37,290 bases of DNA, from positions 1 through 37,290 of IMG/VR virus record IMGVR_UViG_3300008255_004742. One strand, 5' to 3'. Both the position numbers and the translations under genes were made by a program. The stretch is from a virus (taxonomy: Duplodnaviria > Caudoviricetes). This document shows, piece by piece, positions 7,139 through 17,541 of this stretch. Within the stretch, counting starts at the first letter, position 1. The number at the start of each line of letters is the position of its first letter. A model generated the notes under the pieces. The model did no database searches. It had not been told where the DNA came from and saw nothing but the letters and a program-made list of their open reading frames with translations.

Positions 7139-9109
7139 TTAATCGTTCCAGCTACCTGGAGGCTTGGTTGGTATATACCTTCCTTTTGCGATAATTGATA
7201 AAAGAGTAAATTTCGTATCAACAACAGTTGACCAAACTCTAAATTGAATAGCGTTTAGTTTTTTATTAACCTTGATTCTTTTCTTAACTGATGCCTGTGA
7301 GAATGTAGTTGGGACCTCTGGATCATCACCAAAAGAAAGATCTCCAAACAGGGCGTTAGCAAAGTCGACATTGGAAACCGTATCACCAATGGACTTAGAA
7401 GCCAGTTTTTTAAGTGGCTTATTTTTCATTATTCCTAGAACTTCAAAATTTAAATTTCCCTGTGGTCTACCGATTTCAACAACAACCTCTTTAACTTTTG
7501 CAAAAAGGGTGTGATCTTTTTCATCTACATGGAGTAGAGGAGACCTCCAAGAAGTTCTTATGGCCTCTCCCTTGTCATTTGTAGCCCTGTCACTAATTTC
7601 AACAAGCTTTGTTTCTCCAGCCTGAACACCTAATAAATGAGTTTGATCATTGCTATCGGTGTATTCAAATAAGTGCTCAAAACCGATATCCCAAGACCAG
7701 ATCCATGCGTTTTTTTCTAAATCATGTAAAAACATCATGTCGTTATTCTCACCACCCTGAGATGCTGAAAGCATGACTTTACCTTCACTAAAATAAGCAA
7801 TCATATCAGTGAACTTGCTTCCGTTAATAGTGCTCCTGTAACTTGGCCGGATATTAATTGACTGCTCATCAGTAGCCAAAACATTGAAAATCTGTGCTTT
7901 ATTTCTTAATGCGAACACGCCTTTTTTATTTGCTGAGTAAACATTGTCACCTGCATCAGTAACAGCTGCCTCACCTTGAGCACCAATGGAGCCAACGATT
8001 TTAACTGGAGTTGGGACAATTACAGTCTCACTTCCAATAGTTAATGAGTCCATTGCAATCTGCCAAATAGCACCCTTACCGTCAGGACTTCTTGAAAGTA
8101 CTGTTGGAGCAACATCACCCTTACCGGTTCGATAATGAACAACAACTGTTGGAAACTCTCTTCCACCACTATCTAATCCTGTCCAACCTCCACCATAGAA
8201 AAATGAAAACCTATTAATATCTGCACCAGTTCCACCAAAGACAACTTCATTATTTTCATTAATACCCCAAATTCTTCCATTAGATAAAGCTAACCTTCCT
8301 AAGATTGGACCTCCGGTGTTGTTAGTGTCTGGCACCTCTTTATAGGGGTTTAATTCTCTTGAACCATCATCAGAGAAGCTATTTGAAGTTGTTTCACCCA
8401 AATAAATTTGAGCCCCGCTTTCATCTGCTAAGTAAACCTCATATCTGGTGGCTCCTGTGACTGAATCCCAAGTTAAATCAATTTTCTCATCTGCTGCTGA
8501 CCAAACATCTCTTATTTTGTTTACTGTAATACTTGCTTCGTTACTCCCTTCGGTTGAATCAACTTCATTTAAAGCTGTAACCATGTAATAAATGGTATAA
8601 CTTCCAGCTGATAACCCTGCTCCTCTTGCTGCCTGTAAATTAGCAGGAGCACTAATTTGGGTGTTTCTAACTAAATTTGTGCCATCATAGTAAGTTAATC
8701 TATCAACACTATTTGTGATATATAGCCTGTCATCAATTTGAATGAAAAAACATTTAACCCCAGCCGTCATTGTTGCACCAGTTATTGCCGACCAGTTGTC
8801 ACCATCATCAGTAGACTTGTAAACAGTTCCAGAAGCTCCAACAACAATTAACTCTCTAGTATCATCATCAACTACATACTCATCACCACTGACTATTCCA
8901 GTTTCAGATCCGGGAGTAGTTCCAAAATATAAAGTGCCTGGCCTAAGTGTCCATAAACCATCTTGTTCTAGCGTTAAATTGACTGTCTCAGGAGACTGAG
9001 TTGGGTTCTGTCTAGCTTCATCAATATTAGTAACAGTTCCCCCCTTAGCTGAGTCTATTAAAAGTTGATATGGTGGTAGTGGCCTCCCTTGAGGTATTTT
9101 TATTCTCAT
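7139..9109 (-). CDS. Tail nozzle / DNA stabilisation protein (P22 gp10 / T7 gp12-like) with FN3-like insert
   Basis: Beta-propeller-like composition, N...DG...RPG N-terminal motif, LTWDSVTGATRYEVY FN3-like segment. Confidence 0.72.
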   Translation of the reverse strand: MRIKIPQGRPLPPYQLLIDSAKGGTVTNIDEARQNPTQSPETVNLTLEQDGLWTLRPGTLYFGTTPGSETGIVSGDEYVVDDDTRELIVVGASGTVYKSTDDGDNWSAITGATMTAGVKCFFIQIDDRLYITNSVDRLTYYDGTNLVRNTQISAPANLQAARGAGLSAGSYTIYYMVTALNEVDSTEGSNEASITVNKIRDVWSAADEKIDLTWDSVTGATRYEVYLADESGAQIYLGETTSNSFSDDGSRELNPYKEVPDTNNTGGPILGRLALSNGRIWGINENNEVVFGGTGADINRFSFFYGGGWTGLDSGGREFPTVVVHYRTGKGDVAPTVLSRSPDGKGAIWQIAMDSLTIGSETVIVPTPVKIVGSIGAQGEAAVTDAGDNVYSANKKGVFALRNKAQIFNVLATDEQSINIRPSYRSTINGSKFTDMIAYFSEGKVMLSASQGGENNDMMFLHDLEKNAWIWSWDIGFEHLFEYTDSNDQTHLLGVQAGETKLVEISDRATNDKGEAIRTSWRSPLLHVDEKDHTLFAKVKEVVVEIGRPQGNLNFEVLGIMKNKPLKKLASKSIGDTVSNVDFANALFGDLSFGDDPEVPTTFSQASVKKRIKVNKKLNAIQFRVWSTVVDTKFTLLSIIAKGRYIPTKPPGSWND

Positions 9110-9111
9110 CT

Positions 9112-9771
9112 CTATGTACCAAAACCAGCATAAGTTTCGTCATAATGATCTTCTTTTGAGCCAATAGGCTTGAGATCATTGGCGATTCTCATTGCTTCTA
9201 ATTTGTTATCTGCCATTTGTTGGTGTACACCTGCTAAGGTTGGGTTGTCTTCAATGCTGATTAAAGAAATAGCTCCATGGATAGCAAAGTAAGGATCTCT
9301 CATCTCAATAGGGTCTGTTTCTTCTCCAGTAGTGAAATATGTAGCCGCGTTATAACAAGGGAGAGTCCATGTTGCTCCGTCATATTCACTTGAAGGGGCA
9401 GGGAGAACATTTAAAACCTTAGCTCCAACAGGACCAGAAACGAAGAATCTTTTAGTGTTCGGAGATACTGCTTGAGTTAAATGACTTTCATTGGGCTTTT
9501 GATAATTAACTGGTCTTCCGTCAATCAAAAGAAGACCTGCGGGCCATTTAACATTTTCACTCAATGAGTAGGTTGGGTCATCTGTAACAATACTTCCTGT
9601 TTCTGTGGTAAATAACTCATTCCAATCAATAGATTTCTCAGATTCCCATTGATTAACCATTGTGTTGAGAGCCTCAAGGATTAATGCGTAATCATCTTCA
9701 CCACTCGTCGGGTAAGATGCATCTCCCTGGCTTAATGTATGTACTATTTGAATTGCTCGTGCTATTAACAT
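9112..9771 (-). CDS. Head-tail adaptor protein
   Basis: Size, helical N-terminus (ALN.MVN.W), position directly before nozzle. Confidence 0.6.
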   Translation of the reverse strand: MLIARAIQIVHTLSQGDASYPTSGEDDYALILEALNTMVNQWESEKSIDWNELFTTETGSIVTDDPTYSLSENVKWPAGLLLIDGRPVNYQKPNESHLTQAVSPNTKRFFVSGPVGAKVLNVLPAPSSEYDGATWTLPCYNAATYFTTGEETDPIEMRDPYFAIHGAISLISIEDNPTLAGVHQQMADNKLEAMRIANDLKPIGSKEDHYDETYAGFGT

Positions 9772-9784
9772 AATTAGTTTTTAG

Positions 9785-9870
9785 CCAACAAAAAAAGACC
9801 ACTAAAACAAAAACTGTTTTATGTGGTCTCATGACACAATTTGTCTGATGACTTAAGTATACTTTATACC
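9785..9870 (-). terminator. Leader element B: small hairpin plus terminator-like hairpin
   Basis: TATACT, GACA-AATTG-TGTC, GAGACCAC...GTGGTCTT then TTTTTGTT. Confidence 0.65.
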
Positions 9871-9885
9871 TTTTTTTTCGTTATT

Positions 9886-12800
9886 TCAACCTCTTACCCT
9901 TATCTTATTAAAGGTAATTGGCTTTGTTCTGTCCGTCTTTGCTAACGCAAGTAGTTCTCTTAAACTATCATCATTTATCAATGAAGGGGTCTTAGTTGGA
10001 ACCTTAATTGCAGTAGATGGTAAGCTAGGCTTTGCTACTGAGATATTAACCTTAACCGGTGATGATGAAGGAACACTAACTTTTGGCGTAGTGCCTTTAA
10101 CATTAACACTCTTGCTTCTTCCACTAGATGCTTTACTAACTACCTGACCAGTCGTTTTATCAAAAGTTATATTTTTAAGCGCATTTTGCTCACCTTTTGA
10201 AATTATTCCTTCTTTATATAAAGTGCTCAACACACCACTAGATAAAACTTTTTCTCCAGCAACCTCTTGAGTTAATAATGATAATGATTGAGATCTATCT
10301 TCATCTGTCGTTCCAGCTAAATAGTCTTTAACAAAACCAACTTTAATATCATTATTTAGTTTTGCTGTTTGGTAGTAATCAATATCAGTAGTGTCATATT
10401 TTTCATCCATGCTATTTAAAGCTGTAATTTTCTGTTCAGGTGAAACATCCTCGTTAGTTAACATATCTTTAACCAATTTTTGTTTCTTTGCCTCTTTTTG
10501 AGCCTTTTGCATAGCTGTCTGTTCTGGCATCGAGTTATAGTCACTAATCCCGAAATATGGATCTAGGAAGCTCAGTTCACCATCATTTTGTTGATTATTG
10601 CCCGTTGAAGCTTGGACAATGTTACTATTATTATTTCCAACGTATTGCTGTAAAACTTTGCTATCTTTTCCACTATCATAGTATCTTCCTACATACCTTT
10701 TTTGCTTCTCAAACTCACCAATGGCCTGTTTATTAGCTTGTAGGTATTCAGTAGCTTTTTGAGGGTCACTGTTCTTTAATTGACCATATTTTTCAGAAAT
10801 AGCTTTGTTTTTGTAATAGCTATCCCAGAATGGAGCATTTTTGACAGATTCTGTTTTATAGAACCTGATCGGTAGCTCCATTCCCTGAGATAATGACTGA
10901 TAAAGAGGTGTCTTCTCAGTTCTAATTCCTAGAGATTTTTTAGTATTGTCACTTATTGGCAACCTCTCTGTTGAAGCGTTAAGTATTTCTCTAGCATATG
11001 GGTGCATGTATGATTTAGCCAAATGTGCTCCTTGGGCCATGAACTTTTGTCCGGTTGCATCATTTGGATCATAAATCTGATTACCAAAATAATCTTGGTT
11101 CATTAGGTTTTCAGCGACTGGTTTAATCAATGATGATGTGTAAGTAGAGAAGGCATCTTTAGCAGCTGCTTGAGTATCACCTCTCAATAAAGCTCGTCCT
11201 TGTCTATACACACCTCTAGGAAGAGTTGAAATACTTGAAAGGAATGGGATACCTATTGTAGTACCATCTCCTAAAGGAACTAATAATTTATCTTCTTTCC
11301 CTTCAGGATTTTCACTCATTGGATGTCCATTGAGAATATAATTAAGCTTATCCATAACTGCTAGTGTCAGGGCTGATCCAATCAAGAACTTAGTGTTATT
11401 TCTATTTTCAAGTGATAGGGGATTATTTAATCTAACATTTGATGGAACCACTTTTTTAACACCTTCTCTATTAAACTCAGCTTTTACTGGAGATATTGCT
11501 CCTACATTGTTTTTCCAAAAATTAATCATTGATTCTCTGAATTGAGGAGCAAAGAATACTGAAGTTGTTAAGTTTTTACTATTCTGTGATCTTAAAGCGC
11601 TTTTATCACTTGTTATAGTTCCATAAAAGTTTTTAAGTGCATTAGAAGCTATTAACTCTGCCTCTTCTGGTAGTTTTCCTGATTTTAATGCTGCTGATTC
11701 AATATCGTTAAAGAATTGAATTTGCAGTTGTGGAAGAAATCTTTTGAAAGTTGGATCATTCATCATGCTGCTCCAACCAAGCTTTTTAAGCAAAGGTTTC
11801 TCAATCATATCCTCAATATTAAACTGAGTTCTAACAGAAATATTGTTTCTCTGCATCTTTTTAATTGTTTCAATGTTTTGTCTAAAATAGTTCTCAGAAG
11901 CACTTGGAGATAGTGACCTAAATAATGCCATAACTGGTGATTTAATTCTCAATGCTAAAAGCTCTTTTTGAATGTTTGCAGCTGTAAAGGCGTTAATCGG
12001 GGTACCCATTAAACCACCAGATAGAGTAAAGTCTTGAACTTTGCTAGAAAGGTTGGCTACTGCCCCAAGTGATTTACTAACTAAATCTTCATTTGGTTCA
12101 GAAAAAACTTTGTTGATGGTATCAGCAACTTTTGTTGGAGCATACCAATCACCAACGTAGGTTTTACCATCAGCCATCTCTGTAACATTTCCACCAATTC
12201 CAGCCGCCTTCACTGGTTTGAAATCAGGATTATTTCTAGCAACTGAAGCTGGGACCAATAGACCCTGATCTTTTAACTCATTCATAAATTGAACATTGGC
12301 TTTTGCTCTTTCTAGGTTAGAGACATACGCTTCAATAATCTGTGCAGGATGTGTGTATTTAGGAGTCAATCCCAACTCTATACCCTCGTCATAAGTAGGA
12401 AGTACACGGGATTTATTATATTTAAATTTACCTCGTGCTGACATTATTTTTTGTACTTCTTCAAATGGTTCTTTCCAAATGTGGGTGACATAGTTCTCAA
12501 GATAATTTATATCTACACCAGAGTTTCTGGCTTCATTGATTAAGCTGTCGTACTCAGATCTGATTGCTCTAACTGTATTATTAACTCCTTCTTTATTTGA
12601 AGGCTTTCCTTCGAGACCTCTAACAACATCCCAAGCATCTTCTTTAGCAATGTTAGTGAATTTCATAGCCTTTTCAGTTGCTACCGTATTTGCAACATCT
12701 CTATTTCCAACCCATTTTTTAATTGATCCTTTAAAGTCATTCCACCCTTCCATCTCTGCAAGGTAAGCCTCACCAGCCATTCTTTTTGAGTCATCTGGAG

Positions 12801-14193
12801 AAATAAATTCATTTGATGGTTTTTCAATGAATGCCCCCGGATCTTTACCAGTTAGGCCAATAATTTCTTTTCTTTGAGGATCAAGGTCTAGGGTTTTTTT
12901 ATATGTTCTGTGTTCACCGGGTAAGATATTTTTTTCAATTATTTGTCTAGCTTCTTTAACACCAATCTTACCTACCTGATCCTTTGAATAGCCCATTCTT
13001 AACAACCTATTTGGGTCATTAAAAAGATTGTCCAACTGCTTAAATTTAGGGTCATTTATATCTAAATTTACACTTTTTCGACCATCAGATACACCAAGAA
13101 CAATTCTTCCGTTGCCAACATAATTACCGCCATTAGCATTTTTTGCGCTCTTTTGAAGTTCTCTGATAGTAGCCTTAAGCATTCTTTTACTATCACTTTT
13201 ATAAGTATTTGAAAGCTCTTGAATTTTTGAAACAGGGAGGTAGCCCCTAGCTAGGTCTGTAACATCTCTATCAATTCCCTCTAAAACTCCACCTGAGATA
13301 TTTTTTTCATTCACATAACTTGATAACTCATCTAATAAGTCAACATCCTCCGGATGCCATTTACTTCTCCTATTTCTACCAAAATCAAACCCTTTTGCAT
13401 TTGGAGAATCAAACTGACCTCTTCCACCAAATAAACCAGTAGTTGCATCAAAGGCTAAACTACTGGGGGTTGTTTTTTGCCCTGTTGACAAATCTATGCC
13501 AACCCCTTGGATAACATTTGCTGTTGCGGGAGCTATTCGATCACTTACAAATCTGGGTAATTTTTTAGGTAATCTAACAAGATTTTTGTTAATGATTGGA
13601 TTGGTTATGTTTGCTATCGAACTAAAAACCGGAGCCATTCTTGCTCCTGAAGCAGCATCAGATAAAGCTTGTTTAGTTGTATTACCAGAAGCTTTTGAGA
13701 TAGCAAAGTTAAAACCACCTCCAATAGCAGCCTGTGGAGCGTATCTTGGCAGCATTATTGAACCAACTGCCTCAGCTCCTTTGCTTAACCCTGTTTTTAA
13801 CAAAATATTTTCATCCTGTTGTGGTTTCCTAGAAAGCCTCTGAGAAAAAGTTAAGTTTTGAGTTCTCTCATTAATTTTTTGTTGTCTCTGTTTTAAAGCA
13901 TTTGTAGACGACATTGCTGGGTTAATGAAACCTTTTTGAATTACTGAACCAACTAATTGCCCAGCTTTATTTAGTGGCTTAAAACCTGTATCAACTTTAC
14001 CTGAGCTCAATTCTCCGTAAAAATTATATTTTTGTGGGTTTGAGAAACTGCTTTTTACTCTTTCAACACCACTGTCAACAAAACTTTTCTGGTTTTGAGA
14101 TATCAACTGAAAACCCTCACGGCTCTTGTCTCTATCTAGAGTGTTTACTACATCTTTTTTTAGTCTTTTAGCAAAGTTAAGAAGTGAACTCAT
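9886..14193 (-). CDS. Large internal virion / DNA ejection protein
   Basis: 1435 aa, helical, G/A-rich hydrophobic segments, in the virion block of a phage with no tape measure. Confidence 0.6.
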   Translation of the reverse strand: MSSLLNFAKRLKKDVVNTLDRDKSREGFQLISQNQKSFVDSGVERVKSSFSNPQKYNFYGELSSGKVDTGFKPLNKAGQLVGSVIQKGFINPAMSSTNALKQRQQKINERTQNLTFSQRLSRKPQQDENILLKTGLSKGAEAVGSIMLPRYAPQAAIGGGFNFAISKASGNTTKQALSDAASGARMAPVFSSIANITNPIINKNLVRLPKKLPRFVSDRIAPATANVIQGVGIDLSTGQKTTPSSLAFDATTGLFGGRGQFDSPNAKGFDFGRNRRSKWHPEDVDLLDELSSYVNEKNISGGVLEGIDRDVTDLARGYLPVSKIQELSNTYKSDSKRMLKATIRELQKSAKNANGGNYVGNGRIVLGVSDGRKSVNLDINDPKFKQLDNLFNDPNRLLRMGYSKDQVGKIGVKEARQIIEKNILPGEHRTYKKTLDLDPQRKEIIGLTGKDPGAFIEKPSNEFISPDDSKRMAGEAYLAEMEGWNDFKGSIKKWVGNRDVANTVATEKAMKFTNIAKEDAWDVVRGLEGKPSNKEGVNNTVRAIRSEYDSLINEARNSGVDINYLENYVTHIWKEPFEEVQKIMSARGKFKYNKSRVLPTYDEGIELGLTPKYTHPAQIIEAYVSNLERAKANVQFMNELKDQGLLVPASVARNNPDFKPVKAAGIGGNVTEMADGKTYVGDWYAPTKVADTINKVFSEPNEDLVSKSLGAVANLSSKVQDFTLSGGLMGTPINAFTAANIQKELLALRIKSPVMALFRSLSPSASENYFRQNIETIKKMQRNNISVRTQFNIEDMIEKPLLKKLGWSSMMNDPTFKRFLPQLQIQFFNDIESAALKSGKLPEEAELIASNALKNFYGTITSDKSALRSQNSKNLTTSVFFAPQFRESMINFWKNNVGAISPVKAEFNREGVKKVVPSNVRLNNPLSLENRNNTKFLIGSALTLAVMDKLNYILNGHPMSENPEGKEDKLLVPLGDGTTIGIPFLSSISTLPRGVYRQGRALLRGDTQAAAKDAFSTYTSSLIKPVAENLMNQDYFGNQIYDPNDATGQKFMAQGAHLAKSYMHPYAREILNASTERLPISDNTKKSLGIRTEKTPLYQSLSQGMELPIRFYKTESVKNAPFWDSYYKNKAISEKYGQLKNSDPQKATEYLQANKQAIGEFEKQKRYVGRYYDSGKDSKVLQQYVGNNNSNIVQASTGNNQQNDGELSFLDPYFGISDYNSMPEQTAMQKAQKEAKKQKLVKDMLTNEDVSPEQKITALNSMDEKYDTTDIDYYQTAKLNNDIKVGFVKDYLAGTTDEDRSQSLSLLTQEVAGEKVLSSGVLSTLYKEGIISKGEQNALKNITFDKTTGQVVSKASSGRSKSVNVKGTTPKVSVPSSSPVKVNISVAKPSLPSTAIKVPTKTPSLINDDSLRELLALAKTDRTKPITFNKIRVRG

Positions 14194-14216
14194 AGAGGCT
14201 CCTTTCTTTAAGGCCT

Positions 14217-15443
14217 TTAATTAAGCTCCTCATCTTTTCTTCTAGCCAATGCAAGAGGATTCAAAACTGTCTGATCTTCAGGCATGTATGATTGAGCTGG
14301 ATTAAATCCGTATTCATTGAAAACCATTGACTGTGGATCAAAATTAGATGAGTTTGATAGTTCTAATTTGAGGTTATTTAATTGACCCAACCTACTTCTA
14401 GCTGACTCAGCAATAGCCATTGCATATTGCTCTCTCATTGACTGAACCCTGTTATATTCATTCCATAGAGATTCAACTGCTTGAGCTCTCATCTGGCCCT
14501 TCATCATTCCAATGTTATTTCTTAAATCATTGAACTTAGTGGCAATATCAGTCATCTGACTGTTAACCCAGGTATCAACACTATTTAACATCTCTGATGC
14601 TTTTGATTTGAGATTGGTTTCAGCCATATCAATATCAGCTAACTGTTGAGATCCTTGTTTTTGTACTCCAGCTCTCTCTTTACCAAATAATTTGGTCAAA
14701 GCAAATGAAGATGCTTGAGTTGCACTGCCATTTCCTGCTCCTCTAGCACCTAAATACATATTAACGTTTCTTGCTGAATCTCTTAAGTTTTGAGATAAAT
14801 CTGCTAGAGTAGAGGCTTGATTGGACCTGACATTACCTCGCTGAGTATCTAGATTTTCTATTCCATAACCTAACTGCTCATTAATGCCTTGTTTTTGAGT
14901 GTCTCCACTTGTCCTTACTCTTCCCTCAAGATCTACTTGTTGGCCACCAATTCCACCGAGGACATCATCGAATGCACTATTTATTTCTGCATATAAATCA
15001 GGAGCACCATCTCCACCAGATCTTTTCCAGCCATCAGCTGCATCCCAAAAATAACCTGCTCCAGGATTAGCGTTTGGGTCTTTTAAATTAATCCCTTGTG
15101 GAGATGGTGCTGGGTTTGTAGATTTTTCAGGACCTTCTAAACCCAAAACTTGACCACTTCTTGAAGCATCTTTAGCAGCTTGATATCCTGATTCACCATA
15201 ACCGTATGACTGATTATCTGGACCAGCAGCCCACTCACGCTGAACATCACGATCTGCACGATATATGTCGTTTTGTGGAACTTGACTGCCTCCAACTAAG
15301 TTACTTCCTAAGTCTTTTGAAAGTGAAGTATTCCCTTTGAATAAACCTTGAGCCGCTTCTGAGACACCTAAATCGTATCTCTTAGGGTTATACCAACTAT
15401 ATTGTGTATTTTGATGGGGCATTATCCCAAAGATTCCTGCCAT
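14217..15443 (-). CDS. Putative internal virion (ejection) protein
   Basis: Q/A/S-rich coiled coil with ARGAGNGS motif; RBS AGGAGG. Confidence 0.55.
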   Translation of the reverse strand: MAGIFGIMPHQNTQYSWYNPKRYDLGVSEAAQGLFKGNTSLSKDLGSNLVGGSQVPQNDIYRADRDVQREWAAGPDNQSYGYGESGYQAAKDASRSGQVLGLEGPEKSTNPAPSPQGINLKDPNANPGAGYFWDAADGWKRSGGDGAPDLYAEINSAFDDVLGGIGGQQVDLEGRVRTSGDTQKQGINEQLGYGIENLDTQRGNVRSNQASTLADLSQNLRDSARNVNMYLGARGAGNGSATQASSFALTKLFGKERAGVQKQGSQQLADIDMAETNLKSKASEMLNSVDTWVNSQMTDIATKFNDLRNNIGMMKGQMRAQAVESLWNEYNRVQSMREQYAMAIAESARSRLGQLNNLKLELSNSSNFDPQSMVFNEYGFNPAQSYMPEDQTVLNPLALARRKDEELN

Positions 15444-15482
15444 ATTTCCTCCTAATAACTTTTATTTCTAAAAATCTAGAGG

Positions 15483-15575
15483 TAACAAAAAAGCTCCGAC
15501 AATAAGTAGGTAAGTTAATTCTTAACTCATCACTTATTAATCGGAGCCTACATCAGACATTTAAATGTTCATTCC
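15483..15575 (-). terminator. Leader element C: small hairpin plus terminator-like hairpin
   Basis: ACATTTAAATGT, GGCTCCGA...TCGGAGCT then TTTTTGTT. Confidence 0.65.
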
Positions 15576-15759
15576 CTGCATCGAGAAATCTTCAATTTAA
15601 AAACCTTGAGCTAGTTACTCAGATGTCATTTAGAAAAAAATATAATGTGGGAATCTGCCTTCTGCTCTGCATCGAGTGAAGGTAGACACACCATATTAGT
15701 GCCTAAACCGTCACTCAACAAGCCTTGTTGAGAAGACACTATCAGTATATACATAGAAA

Positions 15760-15768
15760 TGGTATAAT
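15760..15768 (+). promoter_or_regulatory. Extended -10 promoter for the moron
   Basis: TGGTATAAT 35 nt upstream of the CAP gene. Confidence 0.55.
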
Positions 15769-15802
15769 ATCAAGATCAAAAATGGTTGATTTATAGCTAT
15801 AT

Positions 15803-16264
15803 ATGTTAAAGAAAATAATAAAAATTATTGCTGTTTTTACCCTATTTATAGGTGTTATTTTTAGTGGTCTATTTGTGTATGCATACAATGTATCTTCAAA
15901 CTTAAATAAATCTGAATATAAAAAAACTGAATATATTATTAATGAGGTTGAGCTATTAAGAATAGTTAATGCATGGAGGGAAGAAAATAATTTAGCCCAA
16001 TATGAAAAGAATGACTTACTTTGTGAGTACGCCAATAAAAGAGTTGATGAAATACAAAAAAAATGGTCTCATGATGGATTTATTGGAACAATAAAAGACT
16101 TCAACCAAATTGCTGAAAATTTGTCTAAAAACACTACAAACGAAGAGAATACTCTTCAAATGTGGTTAGAGTCACCATCTCACAAAAGAATATTAGAAAA
16201 GAACTTTATATACTCCTGTCTGAAATGTAACAATAACTACTGTGTGCAAATATTTGGTAAATAA
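15803..16264 (+). CDS. Membrane-anchored CAP (SCP-like) domain protein
   Basis: N-terminal TM; VNAWR..NNL, WSHDG, AENL, WLESPSHKRIL. Confidence 0.88.
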   Translation: MLKKIIKIIAVFTLFIGVIFSGLFVYAYNVSSNLNKSEYKKTEYIINEVELLRIVNAWREENNLAQYEKNDLLCEYANKRVDEIQKKWSHDGFIGTIKDFNQIAENLSKNTTNEENTLQMWLESPSHKRILEKNFIYSCLKCNNNYCVQIFGK

Positions 16265-16267
16265 ACT

Positions 16268-16813
16268 ATGAAAAACTTCTCTAAGATCCTAATTTCGATA
16301 TGGTCAACTTCTTGCTTTACATTTCTAATCTCGTTGCTAGTGAGTGACACTGATTTTGGATCTTCACTAACTACATTATCTATTTTTGTAGGTTTTTTCT
16401 CCTTTTTGATACTAATTTTCCAAACAATATATCTTGCCATAAAAAAAGAGTGGAAAGATATTAAAAGTGCAATAAAAACGACATCAATAATCATATTTAT
16501 TTTTATTACCTCACTAGTAGCGTTTTTATTATTTCCAAATGTTTTTTCAAATAATGAAGATGAGCAGGTTGGCAATAGTTTTGAAGAAATTGAATGTTTC
16601 GTTGATGGAGTTTCTGTGAAAACTACTAGAGAAAATTGTCAAAAACTATCAATTAAAGAAGATAACGTACAACCGGTTCAGGTAATCCAACAAAGAAAAA
16701 TAGAAATACCAGACCCACCAAAAGTTCAAATACCAAAAACTGAGAGAACAAACTGTAACGCTAAGTACGATATTTTAGGTAATTACTCAGGAATGGACTG
16801 CACTACTTACTAA
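16268..16813 (+). CDS. Three-TM membrane protein with Cys-containing C-terminal domain
   Basis: Three hydrophobic segments, four C-terminal Cys. Confidence 0.7.
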   Translation: MKNFSKILISIWSTSCFTFLISLLVSDTDFGSSLTTLSIFVGFFSFLILIFQTIYLAIKKEWKDIKSAIKTTSIIIFIFITSLVAFLLFPNVFSNNEDEQVGNSFEEIECFVDGVSVKTTRENCQKLSIKEDNVQPVQVIQQRKIEIPDPPKVQIPKTERTNCNAKYDILGNYSGMDCTTY

Positions 16814-17541
16814 CTATTGAGAGATTTAATTATCTTCTTAATCCCACTTTCGACACTAACAAATGACTTTAGTGGAGTAGAGCACTCTATTTTTGAAATG
16901 TAATTATTGGGTTTTTTAATATATTTAGGTTCAATGTTTAAAAATGAATGCTTTTTAATTAAGCTAATTACATGATTAAAACTCGTATTAACTCCAGTAC
17001 CGACATCAACTACTCCACTTTTATCTAAGTTATTAACAATAAAGTTAATAATATCATCAATATAAATAAAGTCTCTTGATTGTTCGCCATCACCAAATAT
17101 AGTTGGGATTTCTCCTAAATATACTTGTTTAATCCATTGATAAATTACACTTGCATAGTACTTCTTATGTTCCTCACCCGGACCATACCCAGCGAATATT
17201 CTCAATGCTAAGAAATTAACACCATATGCCTTAGCGATATTTTCTAGTGACAATTTAGTGTGAGCATAAGAATTAATCCCGGTATAAACACTTGAACTTG
17301 ATGGAAATATTAACTTTAAATGTCTCCTTTTACAGTATTCAACTACTTTAATGAAATCAGTTATTGTTTCTTTTATACACAAATCATTTTCATTAAATAG
17401 TACTTGGGATGAAGGTGCTCCAAAATGTAGAAAGTAATCAGCGTGAACTCTTGGTAGGTTAGATACTTCAACGGGTATTGTTGGGAGGGCTTTAGATAGA
17501 GCTGAGCCAATAAAACCAGTTGAACCTGTAACTAAGAACAT
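16810..17541 (-). CDS. NAD-dependent nucleotide-sugar epimerase/dehydratase (extended SDR)
   Basis: VTGSTGFIG, SSSSVY, YAHTK (YxxxK), GDGEQSRDFIYIDD. Confidence 0.92.
   Translation of the reverse strand: MFLVTGSTGFIGSALSKALPTIPVEVSNLPRVHADYFLHFGAPSSQVLFNENDLCIKETITDFIKVVEYCKRRHLKLIFPSSSSVYTGINSYAHTKLSLENIAKAYGVNFLALRIFAGYGPGEEHKKYYASVIYQWIKQVYLGEIPTIFGDGEQSRDFIYIDDIINFIVNNLDKSGVVDVGTGVNTSFNHVISLIKKHSFLNIEPKYIKKPNNYISKIECSTPLKSFVSVESGIKKIIKSLNS

Noticed and set aside
5452-9109. Diversity-generating retroelement acting on tail genes
   Set aside because: No reverse transcriptase and no template/variable repeat pair seen
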